Positions 47,784-57,065 of a DNA stretch of 64,000 nucleotides are shown here, piece after piece (the stretch's first letter is position 1; each line of letters begins with the position of its first letter). The notes beneath the pieces are model-generated. The model saw nothing but the letters and a program-made list of their open reading frames with translations. It did no database searches and was not told the origin of the DNA. The DNA is from Dehalococcoidia bacterium (lineage in GTDB: Bacteria > Chloroflexota > Dehalococcoidia > Lucifugimonadales > UBA1123): NCBI GenBank assembly GCA_963664365.1, contig OY761144.1:318424-382423 (forward strand), in the 5' to 3' direction. Position numbers and translations under genes: made by a program.

Positions 47784-48617
47784 ATGATATTTTCATGTTT
47801 TCCAGCAAGCAAAAAATGCGAATGGCGCGATCTCATAGGTTTTGTAAACCACTACAATAATATTTCCCAGAAAGCATATCGTAGGTCGAAGTGCCTTGAC
47901 GTAGAATTGAGAAATCAGAAAGAACCTGAGTTGTTATTGGAAGCACCTGGAGAGGTTCCTATAGTAATTGAACGCAAATCTGTTGTATGGCCATCGGAAT
48001 ATCTTTCAGACCATGCAAATGAGCACGATCTTTATCACACCTTTGTTGACAGGATTCGCTTACGCGGCAATCTGTTCTCAGATTCAGCATACCAACTGAC
48101 TGTGAATGCTGAATCTCTGAGAGGAAAAGGGAAGAGAGAAGTTAGAAACTTTGCGGAACAGATTGCCGACTTCGTTGTATCGGCCCAATTTTCTGTAAAA
48201 TCTCCAAACGGTATTTCCAATGAAGATCCAATACCGTGGCGGTTTCGCCACCTTTCCCTTCACGAGAGAGACGAAACCGTTCCTGATATTGGTATCGGCC
48301 TAGTAACACACGAAAAGCTAGAATCCTTTGAATCGTTTCAGGATCTTCACAGGATTACAATTGCGAAATCTGGATACAGCGATGAATTTAACCGCATAGT
48401 AAAAGCTGCCGCTGAAAAATTTACGAAATATTCCGATTGTGAAAGATTGCTCGTGGTTCAGTTCTTTGGAAATAGTTCGATCTATCTACAAGACGAAGAA
48501 ATCGTCGAAATAATAACGACGGCTCAGTTGCCGGATGCAATTGACCAAGTTTGGCTTGCCAGACAGGAATGGATCAGCGAATCTGACTATGAAATAGCTT
48601 GGGACCGCGTCCGGTAA
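47784..48617 (+). CDS. Hypothetical protein (low GC), possible PD-(D/E)xK-like nuclease
   Basis: 277-aa ORF in AT-rich DNA; PE...IERK motif. Confidence 0.55.
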   Translation: MIFSCFPASKKCEWRDLIGFVNHYNNISQKAYRRSKCLDVELRNQKEPELLLEAPGEVPIVIERKSVVWPSEYLSDHANEHDLYHTFVDRIRLRGNLFSDSAYQLTVNAESLRGKGKREVRNFAEQIADFVVSAQFSVKSPNGISNEDPIPWRFRHLSLHERDETVPDIGIGLVTHEKLESFESFQDLHRITIAKSGYSDEFNRIVKAAAEKFTKYSDCERLLVVQFFGNSSIYLQDEEIVEIITTAQLPDAIDQVWLARQEWISESDYEIAWDRVR

Positions 48618-48687
48618 CCGACTATTGGAAGATCAGATACCTTCCTGGCAACTGGAATAAAAGTGAACCTAAGTATGGGGAGAGGCT

Positions 48688-49056
48688 ATGTCCACAATGG
48701 AACCTAACGAAATTGCTAATAATGTTATCATCAAACCTAAGGAGGGAGCGAATTTGGATACTCTCTCGGCTGAAGTAGACAGTATCCTGAATAGCATCAA
48801 GGCAGAGTACCTTGGTCGACTTATAACCGCAGAACTTCGCAACGAGATTCGTGAAGAGATAGGTAATAGGGTTCGGATACTTCCCGGGGTCACTGAGGTC
48901 CTTGTTACAACTCCTATTTCCGGCAATCCTCCAATGATTCGAGAGACATTTGTTGCTGATATGAACAGGGGCACAATTACTAAGACCAACACGGAGATCA
49001 TTGAAGGTCGCCCTGTCCCTCGACCTCGTTGGACAGACAAGCCTGAAGACGATTAA
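48688..49056 (+). CDS. Hypothetical protein (low GC)
   Basis: GGAGAGG RBS before ATG; 122 aa. Confidence 0.55.
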   Translation: MSTMEPNEIANNVIIKPKEGANLDTLSAEVDSILNSIKAEYLGRLITAELRNEIREEIGNRVRILPGVTEVLVTTPISGNPPMIRETFVADMNRGTITKTNTEIIEGRPVPRPRWTDKPEDD

Positions 49057-49083
49057 CGTCCGTTCACAGTTCAGACACACCCC

Positions 49084-49113
49084 TTGACGCGAACCGCCGT
49101 TCCCCAATATCAT
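49084..49113 (+). promoter_or_regulatory. Promoter with perfect GAAC-N4-GTTC (LexA-type) box in the spacer
   Basis: TTGACG-cGAACcgccGTTC-TATCAT, 18-nt spacer. Confidence 0.55.
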
Positions 49114-49156
49114 AAAGCGCATCGGTTCATCAACCTCAGTCACAAGGTGCAAGACC

Positions 49157-49446
49157 ATGATCGACCCGGAAATCAAAAGCCTCCTCTCCGAATTCGACAA
49201 GCTCACCACGCCCGAAGAACTGTCCGGGGCCTCCTCAACCGCGCCGACCTCTACGCCGCATACAAAGACTGGTGCGCGGCCAACCGCCAAAACCCCGTCA
49301 GCGCCCACCGACTCTACACCTCCGTCTGGGACATCTTCAGGATCGACACGCATAATTCTCACGGACGCCGCCTGTTCAAGGGCATCCGGCTAATCCCCGA
49401 GACACCACAAACGGGTGCAGAAGGTGCAGATAGGGAGCAGGAATGA
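49157..49446 (+). pseudogene. Phage/plasmid primase (D5/P4-like) C-terminal winged-helix remnant, apparently frameshifted
   Basis: DLYAAYKDWCAAN...PVS...GRRLFKGIRL lies in a different frame from the ATG at 49157. Confidence 0.6.
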
Positions 49447-49528
49447 CTTCCCCAAAATGCGCCGTCTCCCAAAGCTGGACCGCTCCCCTCTCAGCTTTGA
49501 CGGGTGCAGAGGGTGCAGAAGGTGCAGG
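49413..49528 (+). repeat. Iteron-like 9-bp repeats (GGTGCAGA) x5
   Basis: gggtgcagaaggtgcaga at 49413; gggtgcagagggtgcagaaggtgcagg at 49502. Confidence 0.7.
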
Positions 49529-49712
49529 TATTTCAAAAAACTTTTCACACCCATAAACTATACGAGTCAATAAACTTGATACAATCAGACTCAACCCCCT
49601 ACCCCAATAAGGGACCGGAACCCGCGCAGCGGCTCGCCGCTCGGCAATCCGGAGGAGCGGGGCAAGTGGGGTGATACCTTCACCTACCAAACCGACACAG
49701 GCTCCACAGCTA

Positions 49713-49740
49713 TTGACATTTCGCGCCAAAGGCGTATGAT
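49713..49740 (+). promoter_or_regulatory. Sigma70-like promoter of the substrate-binding protein gene
   Basis: TTGACA-16 nt-TATGAT. Confidence 0.55.
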
Positions 49741-49867
49741 TCACCCCAATACCGAGTATCGAGGCTGGACATACCCCATCACGATTCAGAATAGACTCCC
49801 GGCGAAGGATTGGCCTCCGCCGGCCCACACCTCACTGGCAGCGGCAAAAGAATAGAGGGAGGGACCG

Positions 49868-51592
49868 ATGCGTACACCATTCAAGATTAGTGCCCTGATT
49901 CTAGTCGCGGCCTTGGCAGTAGCCCTGCTTGCGGTCGCGTGTACTTCGGAAGAAGAGCAGACACCCGAGCAGCCGGTCGCTCCGGCCGTCGCGGCCACTG
50001 CGGCCCCCGCGCCGACTGCGGCGCCCGTGCCAACTACCCCGCCCCCGGCGCCGTCTGAACCGATGACGGGACCTCAAGGCTCGATCACCGTGGCCACAAG
50101 GCTAAACGTCGAGAGCAGGCACGCCGACCCGCATCAGCAGGTTCACGGCGGATACAGGACCACCCACCTCAACGCCTACGAGGGCCTCACCTGGCGCAGA
50201 CCCGACAACGGGGCGCTTGACGGGCTGCTCGCCAAGAGTTGGGAGATCGGTTCCGACAACCAGAGCTTCACCTTTACCCTTCAGGACGACGTGACGTTCT
50301 GGAACGGTGAGACCATGACCGCCGAAGACGTGCAGTATAGCTGGGACCGCGCCGTCGATCCCGAAAACAAGCAGTACACCGGCCAGGAGATGCGCGACGG
50401 CGTGGGGTCGGTGTCCGTCATAGACGGCTCAACCGTCAAGTTCAATCTCCTCAAGCCCTATGGCGGCCTGCTTGAGCGCCTGTTCCTATTCGCTCACATC
50501 TCGCCTAAGGCGGCTCTTGAGGCTGGGGGAATGGACTTCTGGCAGGACCCCGTTGGTACAGGCCCGTTGAAGTTCACGGATCTGCAGCCGGGTGAGTTCG
50601 TGAAGTTCGAGGCGCACGCCGACTACTGGAACCCCGACTACGTCTCCAGCGTCCAGAGCGTCGACATGCAGAACATCGAGGACCCGACCGCCCGCACGGC
50701 GGCCTTGACCTCAGGGCGCGTCGACATCATCGGCCGCGTCAGAGGCCCTATGATCGCGGAGCTTGAAGCAAGCTCCGACGCTAGGATAGTCACCGTGCCC
50801 GGAGCTTCCATCACGGTGCTCAAATTCGATCACTGGGTTGACGACATCATCGCCGACGAATACCCGATCCTGGACGGCCAGGAGGCAGTCGACAAGTACA
50901 ACAGCCCGCTGGGTGACATGCGGGTTCGTCGCGCCATATCGCTCGCAATCGACCGCCAGCAGATAGTCGATACTCTCTACGGCGGCTACGGCATTCCTTG
51001 GGCAACGGCGATGTGCCGCACCTCCAACGGCTTCAACGATTCGCTCCAGCCCCATGAGTACAACCCCGAAATGGCCAAAGAGCTTCTCGCCGAGGCCGGA
51101 TACGCCGACGGCTTCGAGTATGCCTACAACATGAACGCGGGCAACAAGGACCTCGCCGAGGCCATCGCCGGGTACCTCAGAGAGGTAGGCATCGAGCCTG
51201 AACTGGTACTCTGGGACGACGCCACCTACCGCGACAAGAAGCTGGTCAACCGCGCGGACGGATTCCGCGGCATCAGGGAAGACCCCTTCGGCTGCATAGC
51301 GATGGGCGAGAGCATGGCCATGCTTGCCACCTGGTACACGCTCAATCCCGCCCAGGGCTCGTTCGCCACGCCGGAGCTCGACGCCCTCATCGAGAAGGTG
51401 ACCAGCACGCTGGACTCCGACGAGAGAGCCGGATACGGTCGTGAGGCCGCCTTGGAGCTTTACGACAACATGGGAGATGCCGGACTCTGGCACCTCGACG
51501 CGCTCTTCGGCGTCGGCAACAGGATCGAGAGCTACAACCCCGGTCCTCCTAACAGCCAGCTTGTCCGCCTCTACACCGTCCAGCTAAAGTAG
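49868..51592 (+). CDS. ABC family-5 substrate-binding lipoprotein (DppA-like)
   Basis: AVAC lipobox; LAKSWE, PVGTGP, VRRAISLAIDR, AKELLAEAG. Confidence 0.93.
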   Translation: MRTPFKISALILVAALAVALLAVACTSEEEQTPEQPVAPAVAATAAPAPTAAPVPTTPPPAPSEPMTGPQGSITVATRLNVESRHADPHQQVHGGYRTTHLNAYEGLTWRRPDNGALDGLLAKSWEIGSDNQSFTFTLQDDVTFWNGETMTAEDVQYSWDRAVDPENKQYTGQEMRDGVGSVSVIDGSTVKFNLLKPYGGLLERLFLFAHISPKAALEAGGMDFWQDPVGTGPLKFTDLQPGEFVKFEAHADYWNPDYVSSVQSVDMQNIEDPTARTAALTSGRVDIIGRVRGPMIAELEASSDARIVTVPGASITVLKFDHWVDDIIADEYPILDGQEAVDKYNSPLGDMRVRRAISLAIDRQQIVDTLYGGYGIPWATAMCRTSNGFNDSLQPHEYNPEMAKELLAEAGYADGFEYAYNMNAGNKDLAEAIAGYLREVGIEPELVLWDDATYRDKKLVNRADGFRGIREDPFGCIAMGESMAMLATWYTLNPAQGSFATPELDALIEKVTSTLDSDERAGYGREAALELYDNMGDAGLWHLDALFGVGNRIESYNPGPPNSQLVRLYTVQLK

Positions 51593-51640
51593 CGCGCCTG
51601 CGCCCTGCCGACGTAAGGCCCGAAAACGTCAGGCAATGAA

Positions 51641-51670
51641 ACGGGGTAGGTCAGCAAAGACCTACCCCGT
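51641..51670. terminator. Perfect 12-bp hairpin between convergent genes
   Basis: ACGGGGTAGGTC-agcaaa-GACCTACCCCGT. Confidence 0.65.
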
Positions 51671-51697
51671 AATTCGCCAAACTAACCGCCCGATGCG

Positions 51698-51723
51698 CGT
51701 AGGGGCGATGCGCGAATCGCCCG
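51698..51723. repeat. GTAG-type REP hairpin (family B)
   Basis: CGTAGGGGCGATGCGCGAATCGCCCG. Confidence 0.75.
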
Positions 51724-51738
51724 CGCTCGCTCCGGTCT

Positions 51739-52731
51739 CTAAGCGCCGTCTCCCTCTCTCAGCCAGCAGGCAGACGTCTGCCCGTCGCCGATGTCGAACG
51801 TCGGCGGGTACTCCTCGCACCTGTCGTGGACGTGCGGACACCGGGGCGCGAAACTGCATCCCGAAGGCAGGTCCCACAATGCCGGAGGCTGTCCGGGGAT
51901 CGAGTAGAGCCGGTCCGCCTTGCCCTCTACCTTCGGGACCGCGTTTATCAGCGCCTCCGTGTATGGGTGCGACGGATTGTTGAATATCTGCCGCACGTCC
52001 CCCTGCTCCACGATCTTGCCCGCGTACATCACCGCGACGCGGTCGCACATCGTCGCCACGATGCCGAAGTCGTGAGTGATGAAGATGATCGCGCAGCCCG
52101 TCTCTTCCTGGAGGTCCCTCAGCAGACGGAGGTACTGCGCCTGAATCGTCACGTCGAGAGAAGTCGTCGGCTCGTCCGCAATGAGAACCAGAGGCCCGCA
52201 CGAGATGCCGATTGCTCCGGCGACTCGCTGCCTCATGCCTCCGCTTAGCTGGTGTGGGTAGTCCCGCATCCTGATGTCCGGGGCCGGAATCCGCACCCTC
52301 CGCAGCATCTCCGTGACCTGCGTCTTCAGGTCGGGGCCTGACATGTCCCTGTGGACCTGCAGCGGCTCGCCCACCTGGTCCTCTATGTCGAACACCGGGT
52401 TCAACGCGGTCATCGGGTCTTGCAGCACCATGCCGATCTTCGCGCCCCGGACCTCCTGCATCTCTTCCATGTCGATCTGGAGGATGTCCTCACCCTCCAG
52501 GATGACCTGCCCGCCGACGATGTGGCCCGGCGGCGAGGGCACCACGCGCATTATCGAGAGCGCGGTTACCGACTTGCCGCAGCCCGACTCGCCGACGATG
52601 CCCAGTGTCTCGCCGCGCTTCAGCGAGAAGCTGACGCCGTCAACCGCCTTCGTCGTGCCCCACCTAGTCACAAAGTGAGTCGTGAGGTCTCGCACCTCCA
52701 ATACGGTGTCTTCCGTTGCTGCGTTTGCCAA
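51739..52731 (-). CDS. Peptide ABC ATP-binding protein (DppD-like)
   Basis: GESGCGKS, LSGGMRQR, ADEPT, HPYT, Cys-rich tail; TTG start with GGAGGGAG RBS. Confidence 0.92.
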   Translation of the reverse strand: MANAATEDTVLEVRDLTTHFVTRWGTTKAVDGVSFSLKRGETLGIVGESGCGKSVTALSIMRVVPSPPGHIVGGQVILEGEDILQIDMEEMQEVRGAKIGMVLQDPMTALNPVFDIEDQVGEPLQVHRDMSGPDLKTQVTEMLRRVRIPAPDIRMRDYPHQLSGGMRQRVAGAIGISCGPLVLIADEPTTSLDVTIQAQYLRLLRDLQEETGCAIIFITHDFGIVATMCDRVAVMYAGKIVEQGDVRQIFNNPSHPYTEALINAVPKVEGKADRLYSIPGQPPALWDLPSGCSFAPRCPHVHDRCEEYPPTFDIGDGQTSACWLREGDGA

Positions 52732-52849
52732 GTCTCCCTCCGCAGAATGTTCCCAGATGCGGGAATCGTACATTGCGAGTCCACAAGACGCAACATGCGC
52801 AACGCTGCCAAAATCCACCGCCCAACCCGCCTGCCGCGCGAGGCCCCCC

Positions 52850-53401
52850 CTACCCAAATATCTCCCGAACCGGCATCCTCCACCCCTCCACCACGTCGCT
52901 CACGTCCAGCGTGTCCGACTCCTCCAGGACAACGACGTCTGTGAGCGAGCGGTGTACCCTCACGACTCTGCCGCGCGGATTTACGACGACGACCGCCTGC
53001 GCTCCGGCATTGAGCCAGTCGGCAACCTTCTCATCCACCTCTGCGTAGCGGTCGCTCGGCGATATAACTTCGACCACAAGGTCCGGCGCGCCAGGGAAGT
53101 AACCCGGCGCGTCCATAACCGCCTCGGCCCTCTCGCGTCGGACGAAGGCCGCGTCGGGAGCGCGAACGTGGTCCGGATCGGACGCCAGCTTGAAGCCCGT
53201 CTCAGCCGCGTACACTTCGCCCAGCCCGTTCGACTTCACATGAACCGCTAGAGAAGCCCCTATGGACATAGCGTATCTACCGTGAACGTGTCCTGGAGGC
53301 GTCATCTTCCGCAACTCCCCTCTCACAAGCTCGTACCGGAATCCGTCGTCCGGCATGTTCAGAAGCTCTTCCGCGGTCATGGGTCGAGTTGTCGTTACCA
53401 T
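52850..53401 (-). CDS. Uma2 (DUF820) family endonuclease-like protein
   Basis: ELVRGEL, RAPDAAF, APDLVVEVISP. Confidence 0.9.
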   Translation of the reverse strand: MVTTTRPMTAEELLNMPDDGFRYELVRGELRKMTPPGHVHGRYAMSIGASLAVHVKSNGLGEVYAAETGFKLASDPDHVRAPDAAFVRRERAEAVMDAPGYFPGAPDLVVEVISPSDRYAEVDEKVADWLNAGAQAVVVVNPRGRVVRVHRSLTDVVVLEESDTLDVSDVVEGWRMPVREIFG

Positions 53402-53553
53402 CTGTCAGTCCCCCAGCCCGTGAGAGAGTCGTTAGAGCGCTGGCGCGTCCGGCCGCGGCCTCCGTAGATGGGCGAATTATACACCCATCCGATTCATTGG
53501 GTGAAGATGCCCCACAGACGCGGCACAGGGTCTTGGAGAGCGGGCAAAGCCGC

Positions 53554-53630
53554 TGGCGACCCCGACCGGATTCGAACCGGCGATCTCTGCCTTGACAGGG
53601 CAGTATGTTAAGCCACTACACCACGGGGCC
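53554..53630 (-). tRNA. tRNA-Asp (GTC)
   Basis: GGCCCCGTGGTGTAGTGG...CTGCCCT-GTC-AAGGCAG...GGTTCGAATCC...GGGGTCGCCA cloverleaf with encoded CCA. Confidence 0.95.
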
Positions 53631-53814
53631 GCGCGGGTATCAATTCTAGCGCGGGACATTGGCGCCGGTCAACGCATTTCTCAGAACCAAGCGTCCGACT
53701 CTGCTATACTTGCCTCTTGTAGAACCTCCGACATCCGTATCGGGGATTCAAGACAGCCGGAGCCCCTTCGTCTGTCAGGCGATACCGGCTGAGAACTCCG
53801 AGCAAGAGACTCTA

Positions 53815-54501
53815 ATGACTCTAGACGCTGTGCCCGTTGTGGGCCTGAGAAATCAGGAGAACGAACTTGTCGCCCTTCTGCGGCGGCAGTCTATCCACTC
53901 CGTCCTGCTGACCTCGGACGAAGACATCGGCCTTCTTGATACAATCGCCCAAGGCGAGTCTCATCAGCTTGCCCTGCTGGACACCGGCTACATGACCGCC
54001 GCCGAAATAGAACGCTGCCTGCGCGCCTGCGTCGAGTCCGGCCTGCCGACCATCGCCCTCGTGCCTCGCAACCGCGTCCCGAATCTCAACACCACGCTTC
54101 AGCTTACAGACTTCATCGTGAGTCCGCCCGACCCCGACGAGCTGGTCATCCGTGCCCAGTTCGCCCTAAGAGCGGGGAAACGCGCCGGCAAGAACGACAG
54201 CAGCGTCATACGGGTGGGCGACCTTCAGATCGACACGTCCAGCTACGAGGTCACCATTCGGGGCCGCCGTATCGGGCTGAGGTTCAAGGAGTACGAGCTT
54301 CTGAAACTGCTGGCCGAAAACCCCGGCCGAGTCTTCTCCCGGGACGCCCTGCTCAACCAGATTTGGGGCTACGAGTACTTCGGCGGCACCCGGACGGTGG
54401 ACGTGCATGTCAGGCGTCTAAGAAGCAAGCTGGAAGACGCCGAGCACAACTTCATCGAGACGATCTGGAACGTCGGCTACAGGTTCAGAGAGTCGCGCTA
54501 A
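53815..54501 (+). CDS. Orphan winged-helix regulator with degenerate receiver (GlnR-like)
   Basis: KEYELL...GRVFSR...WGYEYFGGTRTVDVHVRRLRSKL; the receiver lacks the canonical K-P motif. Confidence 0.8.
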   Translation: MTLDAVPVVGLRNQENELVALLRRQSIHSVLLTSDEDIGLLDTIAQGESHQLALLDTGYMTAAEIERCLRACVESGLPTIALVPRNRVPNLNTTLQLTDFIVSPPDPDELVIRAQFALRAGKRAGKNDSSVIRVGDLQIDTSSYEVTIRGRRIGLRFKEYELLKLLAENPGRVFSRDALLNQIWGYEYFGGTRTVDVHVRRLRSKLEDAEHNFIETIWNVGYRFRESR

Positions 54502-54521
54502 CGCCGCATCAGGAGGAAGAA

Positions 54522-55427
54522 ATGACCGCTGAGAGAGTCGCTTATGTAAATGGCAGCATCGTTCCGGAGAGTGAAGCGGTGGTCTCGATCAGAGACAGAG
54601 GCTTCCTGCAAGGCGACGCCGTCTTCGATACGACCCGCACCTTTGGCGGGCGCATCTTCCGTCTGGACGAACACCTCGACCGCTTCTTCAACTCGCTCAA
54701 GTACATGCGAATAGACCCCGGCCTAACGAAAGACGACTTCGCGCGCCTCACCATGGAGGTGCTTCAGGCGAATCTGCCGCTTCTGGATGACGATGACGAC
54801 TACTGGGTGTCTCAGCGCGTGACCCGCGGCGTCAGAGTGGACGGGGAGAACAGGCCGACGGTCGTCATCGAGTGCGCTCCGCTTCCCTTCGAGGCCAGGG
54901 CGCGCTACTATCGCGACGGACTGCCCGTGATCGTCCCATCGGTGCGCCGGACGCCGCCCGAGTCGCAGAGTCCGAGGGCCAAGATGCACAACTACGTCAA
55001 TCTGGTACAGGCGGAGTTGGAAGTCAAGTCGCAGAACCCCGACGCCTGGCCGATTCTGCTCGACACCAACGGCAACCTCTGCGAGGGTCCCGGCTCCAAC
55101 ATCTTCGTCGTCAAGGACGGCGCGGTTATCACGCCAAAAGAGCAATTCGTACTCGCCGGCATCAGCCGCCGCGTGACCATAGAACTCGCCCAGGAACTCG
55201 GAATCGAGGTCCACGAGACGGACATAGACCTCTTCGACGCCTACACCGCCGACGAGGCGTTCGTCACCTCCACCAGCTTCTGCATCTGCCCGGTGTCTTC
55301 GTTCAACGGCTCGACCGTCGCTGACGGCGCGGTTCCGGGGCCTGTCACCGACAGGCTGACGCGGGCGTACAGCGGCATGGTCGGCCTCGACGTGGCCGCG
55401 CAGTACCTCGCGCGGCTCCAAGAGTGA
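54522..55427 (+). CDS. Class IV PLP aminotransferase (IlvE/Dat/PabC family)
   Basis: DRGF..GD.VF, HLDR, AKMHNY, EGPGSN, LAGISR, DEAF. Confidence 0.9.
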   Translation: MTAERVAYVNGSIVPESEAVVSIRDRGFLQGDAVFDTTRTFGGRIFRLDEHLDRFFNSLKYMRIDPGLTKDDFARLTMEVLQANLPLLDDDDDYWVSQRVTRGVRVDGENRPTVVIECAPLPFEARARYYRDGLPVIVPSVRRTPPESQSPRAKMHNYVNLVQAELEVKSQNPDAWPILLDTNGNLCEGPGSNIFVVKDGAVITPKEQFVLAGISRRVTIELAQELGIEVHETDIDLFDAYTADEAFVTSTSFCICPVSSFNGSTVADGAVPGPVTDRLTRAYSGMVGLDVAAQYLARLQE

Positions 55428-55439
55428 TGTTTTACCGAC

Positions 55440-56354
55440 ATGACCGACCGCAAAGTTACGGTAAGAGCGCCCGCGACCTCGGCCAACATGGGGCCTGGGT
55501 TCGACTGCCTCGGAATCGCTCTCGACATCTGGAACGTCATCACCGTTGAGACGGGCGACGAGATTGCCGCCGAGGGCTTTCATGTCTCAGGCCAAGGCGA
55601 AGACGACCTTCCCCGCGACCGCTCCAACATGGTATGGCAGAGCGTCGCCCGCGTCTTCGAGGAGACCGGCCTCCCGGTTCCGCCAATGTCGATCGCCTGC
55701 CGCAACGACATTCCCACCGCTCGCGGACTCGGCTCCAGTTCCGCGGCGTTGGTCGGAGGACTGACGGCAGGCAACGAGCTATGCGGATGTCCCTTATCCC
55801 AAGAAGACCTCCTCCAAATCGCCGCCGAGGTCGAGGGACACCCGGACAACGTCGCGCCCGCCCTGTTCGGCGGAATGCAGATAGCCGTCTATGATGGTGA
55901 CAAGGTTCTCAACGCCTCGGTCCCGGTTCCCGAAGACCTGTCCGCGGTGCTGTACATCCCAAACCTGCCCATGCCCACCGAGGAAGCGCGCGGACTTTTG
56001 GGGGACGAGGTGCCGCGCTCCGACGCCGTCTTCAACATCGGCAGGGCCGCGCTTCTAGTCAGGGCGATGGCCTCCGGCGACCTAGAGCGCCTCGACATCG
56101 CCACCGATGACCGTCTCCACCAGCCCGCCCGCCGGACAATCTTCTTCCCGATGAAGAACATCATCAGGGCCGCCCTCGGCGCGGGAGCTCTGGGCGCGTT
56201 CCTGTCCGGCGCCGGCTCGACCATCCTCGCGCTCGCCACCGAGAAAGAGTTCACCATCGGCTACGAGATGGCAGACGCCGCCGCCAAGTCCGGCATAGAC
56301 GGAGAGGTCCGCATAACCCGCCCTATGACCGAAGGCGCAAGCGTGGTTGAATGA
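55440..56354 (+). CDS. thrB: Homoserine kinase
   Basis: PATSANMGPGFD, PTARGLGSS, EGHPDN, SGAG. Confidence 0.95.
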   Translation: MTDRKVTVRAPATSANMGPGFDCLGIALDIWNVITVETGDEIAAEGFHVSGQGEDDLPRDRSNMVWQSVARVFEETGLPVPPMSIACRNDIPTARGLGSSSAALVGGLTAGNELCGCPLSQEDLLQIAAEVEGHPDNVAPALFGGMQIAVYDGDKVLNASVPVPEDLSAVLYIPNLPMPTEEARGLLGDEVPRSDAVFNIGRAALLVRAMASGDLERLDIATDDRLHQPARRTIFFPMKNIIRAALGAGALGAFLSGAGSTILALATEKEFTIGYEMADAAAKSGIDGEVRITRPMTEGASVVE

Positions 56355-56435
56355 GGCTTTCATTGCCTTTCAGAAACCCGGTCATTGGTGCATAATGTGA
56401 AACGGCAGACATAGAAGCGAGACGGGAGGGCAAAG

Positions 56436-56984
56436 ATGGTTGCCGTTGAAAGTCCGGCCAAGCTTACTTATGAAGACTACAGGAACACGCCCGAAGACGA
56501 GCGGTACGAGCTTCTGGATGGGGAGTTGGTCATGTCTGAAGCGCCACGAATAGTTCACCAGCAAGTCGACATGGACCTTGGAACACTGTTTAATTTATTC
56601 GTGAAGGAAAACGACTTGGGAAGGGTCTTTTCCGCCCCCACCGACGTCTTTCTGACCGACACCAACGTCGTTCAGCCCGACCTGCTGTTCATCTCCAAGC
56701 AGCGCGCTCACATCATTACCGAGCCGAACATCCAGGGCGCGCCCGACCTCGTCGTGGAGATTCTATCCCCATCCACCGCAAACCGGGACTGGACCATCAA
56801 ACGCGAGCTATACGCCAGGCACGGCGTGAAAGAACTATGGATCGTGGACCCTGACGCCAGAATCATCTGGACAATGCTGCTCCGAGATGGAGACTTCAAG
56901 CTTGTCGGTGTGCATGGCGCAGGTCAGTCCATCACCTCGACGGTCATCGAAGGCTTCGCCGTAGATGTGGATGAGATCGTCTAG
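56436..56984 (+). CDS. Uma2 (DUF820) family endonuclease-like protein
   Basis: YELLDGEL, VQPDL, APDLVVEILSP. Confidence 0.9.
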   Translation: MVAVESPAKLTYEDYRNTPEDERYELLDGELVMSEAPRIVHQQVDMDLGTLFNLFVKENDLGRVFSAPTDVFLTDTNVVQPDLLFISKQRAHIITEPNIQGAPDLVVEILSPSTANRDWTIKRELYARHGVKELWIVDPDARIIWTMLLRDGDFKLVGVHGAGQSITSTVIEGFAVDVDEIV

Positions 56985-57065
56985 CCTAGAGCCCGCCCGT
57001 TTGACAAGGCATGAGCCGCCGCGCTAAAACCTTTGGTGACCTATCCCTAGAAGCCGGTGGCAAGC

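Noticed and set aside
49590..49700. Possible riboswitch upstream of the binding-protein gene
   Set aside because: GC-rich partial hairpins only; I recognise no riboswitch consensus, and the region lies upstream of the predicted promoter
53554..53630. tRNA-Asp as an integration site for the 45-49 kb island
   Set aside because: No duplicate of the tRNA 3' end and no integrase found by eye
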